NCBI GenBank assembly: GCA_013265495.1
Contig: MU058718.1
Span: 1,178,001 to 1,242,000 of the forward strand
Direction of reading: 5' to 3'
Origin: Vicugna vicugna
Lineage: Eukaryota
DNA length: 64,000 bases
Part shown: one piece after another, positions 1-13,769 of the stretch
Position numbering within the stretch: the first letter of the stretch is position 1
How the letters are laid out: each line of letters starts with the position of its first letter
Notes under the pieces: model-generated
What the model saw: only the letters and a program-made list of their open reading frames with translations
The model's database searches: none
What the model was told of the DNA's origin: nothing
Made by a program: the position numbers and the translations under genes

Positions 1-112
1 TTTCTGATTAAGAAGGTTCTGATAGGGCCTGTGAATTTGCATTTCTAACAAGTTCTCAGGTAATACTGATGCTGCTGGTCCAGGGTTCTCATTTTAAGAA
101 CCACTGGTCTAG
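1..112. mobile_element. MER5-type hAT-Charlie DNA transposon fragment
   Basis: Typical 'atttgcatttctaacaagttctcaggt..ctgatgctgctggtccaggg..tttaagaaccactggtctaga' terminus. Confidence 0.75.
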
Positions 113-134
113 AGAAAGGCTCTTTTTAAGACTC

Positions 135-410
135 GAAGTCATCAGCAAGAAGATAATCTTTAAACCCATGGGAATAGATGAGATGACCTAATGAGGCTGT
201 GCAGAGAAGCAGAAGAAGGCTTCAGATTAAGTTTTGAGGAGGGATAGAGAAGAAAGACCCAATAAAGGCAGAATCAGAGGAGTATACAGAAAACTAAGAG
301 AGCATGGAGTATCAGAAGCCAGAGGAGTTGAGGGCTTTAGGTACAGATTGACTGAACATGACAGTACTGTTGAGAAATAGAGTAAGAACAGGGCAGTGAA
401 GTGTCCATCA
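135..410 (-). mobile_element. L2 LINE fragment
   Basis: Purine-rich 'gtcatcagca..taaacccatgggaatagatgagatgaccta' typical of antisense L2. Confidence 0.5.
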
Positions 411-449
411 ATTTATCAATATTAAAACCACTATCAAGATCCAGTACAA

Positions 450-590
450 TAGCTCACTGAATCCTTCATAAATCCCATCAGAGGAGTAGTGTTAGCTCCA
501 TGTTATAGTTAAGGAAAGTGAGGCTCAGAGATTATACCATTTGTTAGGGCAGCAAAGGACCTAAAGCCCAGATTTGTTCTGCTAACATCT
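450..590 (-). mobile_element. MIR SINE
   Basis: Core motif 'aaggaaagtgaggctcagag'. Confidence 0.55.
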
Positions 591-2334
591 TACGGAATGC
601 AAAGCTTGCTGCATTCTCTGCTTGCTGCTGAAATCCCCAAGGCAAGTTAACCTTTGGCAAAACCTTAAAGTAGGTATTCTGCTCATTCCCCCCTAAGGCA
701 TCCAGTACCCTTTGGCTGCTCCCAGACAACTTGCAGTGATGCTCCATCCCCTCATGTTCACCTGCCATTGGATTAACTCCCTGTGCCTCCCGACCTTCTC
801 ATCTGCTTTCCATATTCAAGACCAGCTTGGACCTCATTCCTTGGTAATGGCACAAGTCCATCTGTGATAAAATGATAATGGTTAAAAGTGGATGCTAATT
901 GGTGGTATGCAGGAAAGGTTTAACAACCAGCTTTCTGAAGGGGAAAAAAGTCCTGATTTGCAGCATTTTAAGGCCCTAAATGATTTCAAGCTACCAGTGA
1001 TGTGAACATAGAGTTGGGACAAGATGCACATAGTTGGCTCTCTTAAGTCACTGTGAGCTGATTCCAGCATCACACCGCTGGAATGATTTAAAATGTTGAT
1101 TTTCATGTTGCATATTTCCATTCTACACACAGCCTTCTGGAGACAATGTCTTAACCACAAGTTGTGGGAACTTCAGGCCATCTGCCCAGCCAGTGCAGGG
1201 AGGTTTCAGAAACAGAGAGGCCTGTGTGCAGCCTTTAACCCATACCTTGAAGGCTGTCACCTGCTTCCTTGTTGTCTGATCTAGCCTAGGAGCACAGGGA
1301 ATGTCAGTTTAAAAACTGGCATTCATATCCCTCTTTGGTTTCCAGGGTTCAAGAATGTTCTTTTATGAGGATTACAGGCTTGTTCTTTGGTGTCAGCAGG
1401 CGTTTATGATGGCTGTAGCAGGAATGAGAATTTGGGTCTGGAATAAGCCTCGCTGTTTCTTGCCAGGCTGCAAAGGTTCACAGTGGAGACCAGACATATG
1501 TCTTACTCACGCCCATACGCTACTCTGTTTCCGGAATCAGAGGAGGCGGCCACATCCTCATACAGGCAGGAGTGGCTGCTGAGGGCTCAGTCCCCAGACA
1601 CGAGGGAATTTTAACTTCCTCATGTAACTTCCATTTGCTCTCACCCTTTTATTCCTAAAAGCACAGGCTGCAGAAGTGGTCTCCTGGGAGTTATGTGATG
1701 TGATATTGCGGCGGATAGTGTTGTAACGTTACCTCACACCACTTAGTGGGGAGGGGACTGAGTTGGTGGGGAGCAGGGACAAGTGGGAGGAAGCAGGGGC
1801 CTTATTGGGAAGAGGATGGGAGCAGCGAGAGCTAGAATTTGGCACTACCGATGTGGAAGGCGGAAAACACGGCTGTGAGATGGGTTGAAAGAGGTGTTTC
1901 TTTGCAGTCTGATTTTATGACTGTGTGTTTTGCAAGTGGATATGGTTAACTTGGGAACAAACTCGTTTAGGCTCAAGGTCGTTTTTGGAGTTGGCAGATA
2001 GAGAAGCCTGAGAGTTACACGTCACTGCTTTTTAGGGAGCTGATCACAGTCAGGTCTTAGCCCCTAAAGGCAGCTGGAAGGATCGTGGCACTGGCCAAAA
2101 AGGCTTCTAGAAAGCACTTAACCATAGGCTGTTGTTGATTTTATACCAACTACCCAAAGCATTGCTTCCCTTTCTGGGACCAATTATTTTATTTTAAATT
2201 ATACAGACATAAATACACATGGATGCCAGAGGTACTCATAGGATGATACCTGAAAGTCATATACTTTCATCCAATACTCCAGGTGCAAATTTGCTCACAC
2301 AGGTGTGTATGCAAATGTGTCAAAATAACACTAA

Positions 2335-2885
2335 TATTTATAATAGTACTTTGCAGTTCTACACTGCCTTTCATCTATAGATCTCAGGGTACTGTGCAAG
2401 TGTTCATTAATTCTCCCAACACTCCTCTGAGGGAGGTAAATATTATTATCCTCCTCTTTACAGATGAAGCAATTGAGACAGGTAAGTGATTTGCCTCAGG
2501 CCAGTTAGGGAGTGTGGGTGGAGGGCTGAGATTAAGAGTGTAGAGTTCCTCGAGTTATCCATTAGGGAAGAAACCCAGCCGTCAAAACATGGAGGGAGCA
2601 GTAGCACACAACATACTGGGCTGTTGGAGGGGGTTACTCGTTCCAGAGAAATCCATCTCCATAGTAGTAAAAGCTACTGCTTATTAAACATCTACTACAT
2701 ATTGGTGCTTTACATATGTTATTTCCTATCCTCATATTGAAGCTAGAATTATCCCCATGGCACAGATGAGGAAATTTACACTGGTGCAGTATCTTGTCCA
2801 GGATCGCATAGCTAATAAGTGCCTGGGCTGGAATTCAAACCCAGACCTGTTTGCCTCCCAAGCCCATGTTCTTTCCCCAGCACAT
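2335..2885 (-). mobile_element. Two MIR SINE copies (~2335-2530, ~2670-2885)
   Basis: 'tattattatcctc..tttacagatgaagcaattgagac' and 'cagatgaggaaattt..ctggaattcaaacccag'. Confidence 0.7.
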
Positions 2886-5543
2886 ACCTCATGCTCATCT
2901 GAAAATTGCAGGGAGGCACCTTTCTACCTTCCCAGCTCTCTCCCTTTAGTCTTTGAGCCTTTATTTGTCCTGTCTACCACCAATTTCTTTACGTTTGACT
3001 ATGTTTAGAGACTGATGCTTATAGCATGTCTGATGTGGACAGACAAGTGCTAAGCACAGGAAAGGGGAGCCTCTTTGGTAAGGGGCATGCATAAGTCAGG
3101 AGGGAAAACTGTAATTATTATTATTTTTTTGCTTTACTTTGTATTATTTTTCGTGAGCATATCAGTTTGGCATCTTTTGAACAGCACAAGCAAAGACCCA
3201 TAGAAAGAGAGAGAGAGAAAAAATATGAATTCTCCTGGGACAGATATATTTCCCACTGCATTGTCAGAAGAGGCAGGGAAAGAGCCAAATGACTTAAAAG
3301 TAAATAAAATGAACTAAATTTTACTCTGGTCTTGAATCTGCTCAGAGTTAGGCTGTTCTCAAAAGCTCAACTGAGCCCCAAGACTTTCATAACTCAGCTC
3401 GCAGTCAACATGGTTTATCTTATGGGCTGAGGCAGCCGTGTAGTCTATGGAGTTGCTGGAAAGACCTGGGAGTGTTAGAACTGCCAGTGTGGGAAGGAGC
3501 TGGGGAAATTGTGCGCTGTAGAGACATACCTCATGGTGCCTGCCTAGTGAGCAGGAGGTGGACCAGCTTGACCTCAGCAGCTGCCCCTGGACAGGATTCA
3601 CGATTCACAAGGACCAGCCTGAGGCCACAATTGCCTGGTTGGGGGTTGAGGGAGAGGAGGTGCTCAAGATTCAGCCAACCAGATAGAATCTGCATCCTTT
3701 GGAATTGGACTCTGAGAAGTCAGCTTTGTACTGCGATACATTTTGTAAGCAAGATAAGGAAAATCAAGTTTGAGTCACAACTCATTTGAAACCGTATTTT
3801 TCTTGGAGAAGAGAGAACTAGCTTATAAAAATCAGTGATTATACGGGAATCTGAACCCAGATGACCTGTTTTGTTTGAATTCTTTTATAATTAGTTTAGT
3901 TGTGATCCTAGTGTCCCTTCCCAGGCAGTCTCTCTCCTCACACAGTCTATCTACCATGCTTTCTACTATGCTGTTGCATATTCTTAAAAGCAAGACTTTA
4001 AAGTGCACACAGGGCTAGAAGCACAGGGGCAAAGAGAGAAATGTACCATGCGTAAGGAATAGTTTTTTGTTTGCGGTAGGATGGCCTATCGTCCCAGTTT
4101 GCCAGGGAGTGAGAGATTTCCTGGGATGTGGGACTTCCAGTGCTAGAATCCAGAGAGTGCCAGGTAAAACGGGACAAGTTGATCACCCTAGTTCATGAAA
4201 ATGTTAAACTGAAGGAGATCCAACACAAGTTTTTAACCCATCAAATTGTTTGAAATGCACCAACCTGTTAACAGACACTTCCCAAAAATACAAACATAAG
4301 CCCACCCTCCACCCACCCCATGGAGTAAATTAGCACCTACGTAGTTTACAAGTAGCCATAAATGTTGGAAAGCTTTTAGCAGAAGTCCAACTAATTTTTG
4401 TCTGTCTTTGAAGTCACAGAATAAGGATTCTGCTGGTGGTTTGGTTTTTAGTATGAATGAGAGAAACAGACAGAAAAAAATACCCACAGTGCATTCTGTA
4501 CAGCCATATAAACACTTTTGAAAGTGTTAAGTGGAGGGCAGGACTGGTAATGGGACTGTAATGGTAATGGGCTGAACAGCAGAGCCTACACCTGCTTTGA
4601 ATGAATGCAGGGAGCTCCGGGAAGCCCAGGGCCCGGTGGGGAGCAGCCAGACGGGGCGATGTGCTTCCATACCCTTGCTTAACCACATAATCATTAAGGA
4701 GCAGAAGCCTCTTCTTGTAATCCCCTCCTATAGGACAGCAGGGAGTGTTAGCATATTTGGACTGCTTCACATTCCTTCTTGCCTACTTTTGAGAACATAC
4801 TACATTTTAAAACTTGTTGGTTTCTTTCATGTTTTATTTGACCCTATGTAATTGCATTCCTGAAGGAATAACAGGCTCCCCTAGTGATTTACACCCTGTA
4901 TTAAATGTCAGTTTTGAAGAGACACAGTTAACAGTTTGGTTTAACCTCTTGCCTTCCCTCTCTCTCTTAGCTCAAAACTGAATTTGAGCTCCAGCTCTCA
5001 GGACTCTGAGGGAGGGATAAAAAGATTAAAAACTGAACTGCAGCAGCAGCAATGCTGAAGGGGGTTTCTTAGCTCTTGCTCCTTGCCTCCTGTGCAGCCA
5101 GTCACCAGCCCAGAATATTCCTTTCCTTATGGTGATCTGTACCATTCACTTCTATCCCAGCACAGTAGTGAGGACGGTGAATCAGAACCACATTCTGGAC
5201 TAACTGGGGTTCTGTGTCATATTGCCACCCATGGCTCCAGCCCTGAGGATGCCAACAGTTGCATAAACCATGATTCTCCCTCAACCATGCAGTACCCAGG
5301 GAGTAGTGGGTTTGGTAAAACTGGAAAAAGAGATCTTAGTAATTATCTTATTTCATTTTAAATTTTATTTTATGTACATACTTAGCTGCTATGATGTTAT
5401 TGTTGATTAAAATATTTCATTTGCTCTTGTAAATTCACTCCAAGTACATTTAGCAACTGCTTAATCACCTGTTATGAACTAATTATTGGGAGAACCTTTA
5501 AGTAAAACTTGGTGTAATGGCATATTTATTCCCTCATGCCTCT

Positions 5544-5582
5544 ATGCATGTGCATGTGCGTGTACGTGTGTGTGTGTGTGTT
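5544..5582. repeat. Imperfect (TG)n / alternating purine-pyrimidine microsatellite
   Basis: tgcatgtgcatgtgcgtgtacgtgtgtgtgtgtgtgt. Confidence 0.85.
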
Positions 5583-6984
5583 TAAAATCTAGAAGTAGAT
5601 ATATCTTGTGTTTTAACTGATAGGTAACTAAACCATCATTATTACTTTCAGAAGCCCATATAAAAAATGTGCCACAAAAGAGATTCATGCTAAAAACAGT
5701 TGTCCTTGCAGAGCACAAACTACATTCCTCCTCTCCTTTGGCCCCCTCTTCCCACTCTCCCTGCTTTTCCCCAGTGACCACATTCCATTGGGTTTGGTTA
5801 GAGATGACTGCAACCTCTATCAGGGAGACAATGAAATAGGAAGTCACGACCATAAGGACAGTCAGGCTCAGTTCTCTGCAATATGAAGATGCAGCCAACT
5901 GTCATCATGTCAGCACCTGAGACTGTAATCCCGGCTCCTACTCTCAGGCCACTTATAAACCATCAGCTAAGCCATTTAACCTGGAACTCTGTGTCTGTGG
6001 GGAGAAGCATTCAGGCTGCCTTTCAAGATGAGAAAGCTTGTTTGGTTCTTCGTCCATGCATTTATCTCAATCTTATTTCCCATGTCATTTAAAGGTGGCT
6101 CATAAAATAGATAAAAGAAAATGATGAAGAAATCAGGGCAACAGGAAAATGAAGGGAGGAAAACAATGTCAGAGAGGATGAGTGTTCATGAAAGACATTG
6201 GTGAGCTGTAAAGTACAATCATCCATCACCACCACTACTGCAATTAATACTACTTCAAAAATGGAGTATTTAAAGGACACAAGAGCTGAGTGGTATTACC
6301 ATCAGAAACTATCAAGAATGGACAGTTGTGTATTGTATCTCATTCAGAGTGATTCATATTTTCCAGTTATGAGGTGCAGCAGAGATGGGCCTTATCACAC
6401 AGAAATGATAGAAGGAAAATCCTGAAGTTCATATTCTATTCCCACTCAGAAATACGTGTCTCCAGTAGACAGCCTTCACACCTGATCATTGCTGATTGTT
6501 TCCATTAGTGCGTTGCTATTATTAATATAGTTATTATTTTCATTATTATTCTTTTCAGAGAAAGAAGTCTGGGGGCCAAATATATTATGACAACCCTATT
6601 TGTGAAGCTACAGAAAGAGCCTAGGACCCCTTGTCCTTGTATTTGAATCACAGCAGCATGGAAGAAGACCACAAAGAACCTTCTTTGTTGTCATACACAG
6701 TAACAAGAAATCCTCACCAGAACAAGAGACATTGTATTTGATGACATTCAAATTTTCATCAGGAAAAAAAATTCAGTCATGACCATATTATAAATGTGTA
6801 CTCTTAAGAAACAACCACTTGGACTTGAGAAATCCTATATCCAGCACTAATAATCCCCAGACCTTTCTTTGAAACCCTCTGACCTCAAAAACTACATTCT
6901 CATTAGCATCATACACAGCCAACCACCAGGTTTCAATGTGTGAAGCTACCCAAGTGGCTGAGGTTGCAGACTGTGAAGGTGTTG

Positions 6985-7195
6985 AGATCTGGGCCCAGTC
7001 TCATCTCCTCCACTTACCTGTGAGGCAGGTTACTTAACTTCTTGTAACCTCACTTGTCTTATAGTAAAAATGGACCTGTAACTAGTAACTAAAACTCATA
7101 CAAGTTGTTGTAGGGATTAAATGAGATAATATATGTGAAGAGATTAACATGGTGTGTGTGTGAGTGTGTGTGTAGAGTGAGCACTGAAAAAAATC
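6985..7195 (+). mobile_element. MIR SINE
   Basis: 'ggttacttaacttc..gttgtagggattaaatgagataatatatgtgaag'. Confidence 0.7.
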
Positions 7196-7944
7196 AGTTA
7201 CTGATTATAAACACTATTTTCCTACCCGTATTGAAAGTTTTTGTACTTTTTTGGAGAAGCCTTTTTTTTTCACCTCATTTAATGATTTATTTCATGATAT
7301 CATAGGGCCACTAATCAATGCCAGTGTTTCAGTCTCTCTGAACCCTGGCTCTTGGACTTTGAGGCAGAAATGAAAGCACATATTAAGTGCCCTGGGAAAG
7401 TTTGATATTTAGAGTGAACCCATTCCTTTGTAAGATGAAGAGGTTTATTTTCAGTCTGAAACAGTTTGTCAGATATTGGATTTTCTTAAAGTAGTTTTCA
7501 TAGGGTGGGCTTAGCTATTTGCACAACCGATGAAAGGAGTATTTTGTTTTAATTTGCAGCTCTCTGTCACTTGTGTGTTTGAGCATTACTTGATGTGTTT
7601 ATTTGGAAAGAAAGGTCTGTCTTCCATGAATGACTTGTTTCCATATTTTCCCCATTCTTTTATTAGTCTGTCCTTTTAATTATTATTTGTAAAAAATTAT
7701 TTTTATTGTTTATAAGAATTTCCTTTATGTTAGATACTAATCCATATTATGTAATCATATATGTAAAGATATATCTTAAAAAAGTAATTATGTTTATTGT
7801 AAAAAATGCAGAGAAACAAAAGGACATTTTCTGCATGACTCCCACAGCTAGGAGCATCTTGCTGACTATCCTTTATATTCCCTTCTCTATGCAAATACAT
7901 ATGTCTATATACTTTTTTTTTTTAACAAAGTATATTATGTGTAT

Positions 7945-8230
7945 TGTTTTATTTTTAAATTTTTTGAAGTTGCTTTACAATATTATGTTAGTTGCAGGTG
8001 TACAGCATAGTGATTTGGTATTTTTTGCACATTATACTCCATTATGGGTTATTACAAGATAATGGTCATAATTCCCTGTACAGTATTTCCTTGTTGCTTG
8101 TGTATTTTGTATACAGTTGTTTGTATCTGTTAATTGCATACCCCTAATTTTTCCCTCTCCCCTTTGGTAACCACAGGCTTGTTTTCTATATCTATTTCTG
8201 TTTTGCACATACAGTCATTTGCATTACATG
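7945..8230 (-). mobile_element. L1 3' end (antisense)
   Basis: T-rich start, then 'tttacaatattatgttagttgcaggtgtacagcatagtgatt..ccctttggtaaccac', typical of laurasiatherian L1 3'UTR. Confidence 0.75.
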
Positions 8231-8451
8231 CTGTTATATAATCTGACTTTCTCCCTCATCTGTATCTATCTTGCAAATGTTTTATGCCACTAAATACTTA
8301 CCTACAATATAATTTCAGTTTCTGGATAGAATTCCATTATACCACTGTATCATTGTTTAATAATCTACCTTCAGACAACTTTTTTGTAATTATTTTTACA
8401 AACTACTTTTACAAGTGTAATTCCTTACCTAATATCTGTCTTTCCTGCTAG

Positions 8452-8700
8452 ACTGGTGACTTTTAAACTTTTCCGGGTGCAGCGTGCAGTAAGACGTACA
8501 TTTTGTTCTGTGACCCAACACTCACCTGTGTTTATATGCTTGTGCACACATGTAAGTGGAAAAAATGTCATGAACCCAAACTCATTTTCTGGTCATTTCT
8601 GTTCTTTTCTGTATCAGCTTTAAAGAAATTCTGGTCACAATCCACTAAATTTATTTAATGGCTTACAGATGAGTTTTTGCCCTCAGTTTGAAAAACATGA
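8452..8700. mobile_element. Non-autonomous hAT-type DNA transposon relic
   Basis: Degenerate termini 'ttttaaacttt' and 'cagtttgaaaaacatg' with internal 'tgacccaa/ggtcacaatccactaaat'. Confidence 0.5.
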
Positions 8701-8760
8701 AGTCAGCAGTTCCACGGGAGCAGGGGCTGTGCTTGGTACACAGTAGGCATCCGTACTGAC

Positions 8761-9260
8761 TGCTTAGGTCAGGTTCTCCAGAGAAACAGATATAGGTATT
8801 ATCTCCTGTTGGATATGGAGAGAGAGAGAGAGAGGGAATTATGATGAGGAATTGACTCGCACTATTATGGAGGTTGAGGAGTCCTACCACCGGTCATCTG
8901 CAAGCTGGAGACCCAGGAAGGCCAGAGGTACAATTCAGTTAGAGTCTGAGAACCAGGAGAGCTCATGGCATGTGTCTCAATCCACAGGCAGGAGAAGATG
9001 AGAGATGTCCCAGCTCAACTAGCAAGGCAGGGAAAAAAAAAAGCAAGAGGGATTCCTTCCTCCTCTGCCTTTTGTTCTTTTCAGGCCCTCAGCAGATTGG
9101 ATGATGCCCACCCTCACTGGGGAGGGCCATCTACTTTACTAAGTCCACCAGTTCACATGCTAATTTTACCCGGAAACAACCTCACACTCCCCTCAAGAAA
9201 CAGTATTTAATCTGGGCCTGGCATGGCCACTCAAGTTGACACATAAAATTAACCATCACA
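8761..9260 (-). mobile_element. MLT2 (ERVL) solo LTR
   Basis: 'ggttctccagagaaacaga..ctgcaagctggagacccagg..caagttgacacataaaattaaccatcaca' is the reverse complement of the MLT2 consensus ends. Confidence 0.85.
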
Positions 9261-9261
9261 G

Positions 9262-9500
9262 GCAGTACAGTGTCCAGTTAATTCCAAGGACTCTAGAATC
9301 AGACAGCATGAGTTTAAATGGTGGCTCTGCCGCATTCCGACTGGTGGCAATGGGCAAGTTACTTAACCTCTCTGTGTCTCATTTTTCTCGCATGTAGAGT
9401 AATTGTGCCTGTCCCCTGAGATTGTTGTGAAGATTAAATAAGTTGAGTTTTTTTAAGCACTGAAAACAGGACCTGCAATATATGTTTTTATTAAATAAAT
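9262..9500 (+). mobile_element. MIR SINE
   Basis: 'ctctagaatcagac..gggcaagttacttaacctctctgtgtctc..ttgttgtgaagattaaat'. Confidence 0.8.
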
Positions 9501-12500
9501 AAACAGGAAATTCCTAGATGTTGAATAGTTGGATCAAGGGGTATATAAAAACATAAAACTTTTGAAACATATTGGTTAGTAACTGCCCATCCTGGTCTCT
9601 CCAACTCCCAGCAAAGTCTGAACCAACGTTTATTTCCACCAGCTGTAACAGACTTGTAGAAATGACAAAGTAACTTGTTTACTTTGTCATTTACTGCTCT
9701 TCACTTGCAGAGAATGTGTTAGGATGCTGAAGAGTTAGAGGGCTATGACTCTTGTAAGTAGTGAGAGAAGGGAGGCAGCAGCTAGTTGCTCACAGGAAGA
9801 GGCCTGCAAGGAATGCCCACCCACACTTTCCAGCAGAATCAGGGTATACAGATCCCCAGGGATAGTCTGTAGGGTGGGCAGGAGGATTGCTCAGATGGTT
9901 GGGGAGTGAGCAGAAGGTAAGACTCCCAGGAAACACCCTTCTCTAGGGAACGTATTTCTCACCACTTGCCCCACAACACTGCCACTCACTTCTAGCTCTA
10001 AAACCCTTTCTCAAACCTGCAGGTAAGTACATAAATCCTATTTAGTCTGTATCAGGTATGTTTTCCCAACAGAAGGGTTGTGTCATGAAAACTGGGTGTC
10101 TACGTGAACTACAAATACATACACACACACACACACAGCCTGTAGCTTTTTGTTTTAAGCATTTGGAGAAATACATGTACAACTCAAGCCCCAACTTGTC
10201 CACAAAGTCTTCCCTAGCAACTGTAGCCCAAGTAGATGGCTCCTTCCTTAGAGCTCCCACAGCAATCCTAGGCAGTATCTCAGTATTTAGTACTTAATTA
10301 TATGCTGTCTAATTCTAGAATTGTCTCAGTGTATTAGTTGTTTACCCAAATATAGTGTAACTTCTTTGAAATCAACCACCATCTCATATTTCTTCTGGAT
10401 CCCTCGCTGGCTTGGCTCATAGTAAGTTGTCAAGTAAATAGTCAATGATTGATTGATCCAAGTGGGAACAGCATGGACTTTGCATTGAAACAAAATTACA
10501 TTAACAAAGGTAAGTTTTCCAACTTTCACAGGCTAACTTAAAAATGGATCAGATGTTGAAATATTAAAAATTTTAACCTCTAGAATAAAATATGGTCGAA
10601 CTTATTCATTATCATAGAACAAAGGGAGCCCAGCCTCATAGACCCAGAAGCCATAAAAGGAAAAAAAGGTGGATATATTTGATAACATTAAAAACTTAAA
10701 TCTTCTCTGTGGGAGAGGGTTTTTAAAAATACTGAGGAGCATGTACAAGCCACAAGGAAGATGATAACCCCCCTACCCTGTCCCCCAAATTGTAAGAGGG
10801 AGAATGGCCAGAAGTTTCCCTTCTGACCTCAGTACTTCTCTCATCTCCAAAGGATTCTTTCACCTCAACTAAGGATCTTGATCTTGCTCCTGCTTTGAAT
10901 TCTGTCTCTGGAAGTCAGTCTTTCTCCTTTATTCCTATTTCCTTTACACTCTGATTCTTGAATATACAAGAAGTGAGAGGCTTTGTGGTGGTGCGATAGG
11001 AAAAGAACAGCTTTCTTTGAACTTGCTGCAGTTGGCAGAACTGTTAGACAAGTAACTGTCAGTGGGCACACCAGCCACGTATGACTTGGATATGTCAGAG
11101 TGGCAAACATTGCTTAGTTGTTAGTGGTTAATATCATTGACTAAAACATGGGTAGCTAACCTTTCCTGAGTGGCCTGCTTTACCCTAAGGTCAGTGAATT
11201 AGCTGTCCCAATGAGAGACTTTTACTATAACACAATAGGGTTGTATCTTGGGAAACTTGGAGCATCAGAAATTTCTTACAAGACCTCATTTTAGGGTGAG
11301 AACTGAAGCATTTATAGGAAGGAGAAAGTCATCCATCAATTTTTAAATGTTTGTTTGCTTTCTAGTTCTGATTTTATTCACAACAACAGAAACAAATTAG
11401 GAATGTATTTCTTTTCTTATTGCTAACAAAAAACTGAAGTCTTACTAATGTTGCCAAGCAATTCAGAAAGGGCTACTGTTTGGACAGAAGATTCTCAAGA
11501 CAGAGGAGGAGACAGGTGAAAAGATGAACTCTGTTGGATGGTATTTTTAAGGATATCATTAATAAGGATGACATAAATCAGGAAGCCATTGAAATTGATC
11601 TAAGTTCATTTTAGCTTCTTTGGGAACACATTAAAAAGTATCATTGTTTATCAAGCGGAAAAGGAAAAGTTGATAGTGAAAGAGAAGTTTATCTTTTATA
11701 GGGTATAAGCTATTACAGAGAATAAAGAGGAATTAAAACTATCTGGCTAAAATACCTGAGAATGTTCCCTTAGAAAGCCCAAAGTCCTGACAGTCTGATT
11801 ATTTTAAAGAGCACTGAAAAAACACAGACATACAAAATGGGATGTCTTTTTGTTACTTTGGGGTTCCTTTAACATAATCTAGGAAATAAAGTTTTCTTAA
11901 AACATTTTTATTTAGAAAATTTGGAAAAAATTTTTTATTCATAGATATCATTTGTTTTGTTTTCATCTACCTGTATATTCAAGATGAAAGGTAGTATTTA
12001 TGTGGTACATTTTGTCCAAGAGGGGAAAGCTTTAGAAAAAAATAGAACTTCAGTTTGCTGAAGGAAGAGACATAAGCATGAAAAGTCGTATGATGAGTCT
12101 CAGGTGGAATGCAAGATACAAGCTCTATGATACATCCAAGGTAGCATCTTAGCTGCCCGAGTGAGCTTCCGGGCCCCAGGTCTATTAGCCCCTTCATAGT
12201 TGTTTCCAAAGGGTTCCATTCAATCTGGTTAGTGAAAACACTCCATTATTTTTTACTATTTGGGAAGTTAACTTATTAATAAAATTGAAAATAGGATCCA
12301 TCATCTCTATTTGAAAGTATTTTAAATACTTCTGTATGGCATTATGTTCATAGAGAGGAACGTAGGGAGTCCTTTACAGGTGACATAAATGTCTTGAAGA
12401 TATGGATTTTAAATTAATCATTAAAAGAGACAAAGACATGAAAGGAAAAAATGAAATACTAGACAGTGGCAAGTGCATTAGTGGAGGACAGAATACAGTC

Positions 12501-13769
12501 AGTGATGTTATTTGCTTACAGAGATTTTACTGAGAGGAGTCAAAAAATTCTATTTTGATTGACCCAGGAGGGTGCCATAGTTGGAGGGGGATTTCAGAAG
12601 CTGGCAGAAGAATAAGGGAGGAGTAGTTGGTGAATCCTTTGGGATCTGTGGCCATTAAATGGTTTGTGACTCTGACTTTTTAAAGTATAAATAGGAGATT
12701 CTTCTTTTAAAAATATAAGTGCGTTGCTTGAAACTTCTCTCTCTCTGCTGAAGATGGTTTTGATATTAGTGTGAAAACTTACTCATGAACAGATTTGTTG
12801 AGGTGATTATAAACATAATTTAAGTACTTGTTGTGCCTGGGAGAATGCTACCTTATAGCATAAAAGCAGATAAACACATTCTAGGCGGGCTGGCCATTTA
12901 GACTAGGCAGCTGGCTTTCACCACCTGAGCTGCCTTTGCGGTTGTAGAGGCTGCAGTGCTGTCACACTAAGGAACACAGCTGGGCAGGTGACAAATCTAA
13001 GAGTTAGACACAGGCATGACCTGGAGCTGGGGCTCTGCTTAAACAATAAGCAGAGGGCAAGAGTTTCTATTGCCCTACTCAAAAAGCTCAAGTCAAACCT
13101 GATACTTCTGCTATTTGGCCTACATACCAAGGTGTATGGTTACATCAAAATACTTGCTGACAGCATTCACTTCTTATTCTAGGGCAGGTGTTCCTGACCA
13201 GGGATCTAGAGACTCTGAAAGGAGTCAGCAAATTCCCTGAAATTATATGCAAAATTTGGTGTGTAGATGCGCATATGTATTTTTCTAGGGTATGGTTCAT
13301 CGGATTCTCAGAGGGATTGTGGTCCCACAACAAAAATAAGGATTGCTTCTCTACAAGGAAAAAATTACTTAGAATGTTCCCATTGAGCAAAATTCAATAA
13401 TTTCAGGCTAATTTTTTCCCCAGAAGAATTAACTTGAACAGTTAAAACTTCATTGTTTTTCCCTTTTTGTACAATTTTTACCACATAAAAATACAGAACA
13501 GAATTTTTGTTCATCCAAATTTAATCTTCCTCTGATTAAAAAAAGTGTGTGAGTTAGTTGATTGGTTACAAAGGTGTACTTTAAAAATTCTATTCAAATG
13601 GAAATGCTAATCCATACTTTAACATTCTATTTAAATCCTAGTTATTTTAACCAAAATTATCTCAAAGTTCATTGCAGAATGAAACAAAACCATAGCCTTC
13701 TCCCAATCCATCCCTAGGATATAAAAAATGATCAAACTTTTTATCACTGAAAAATATATTAGAACTCTA

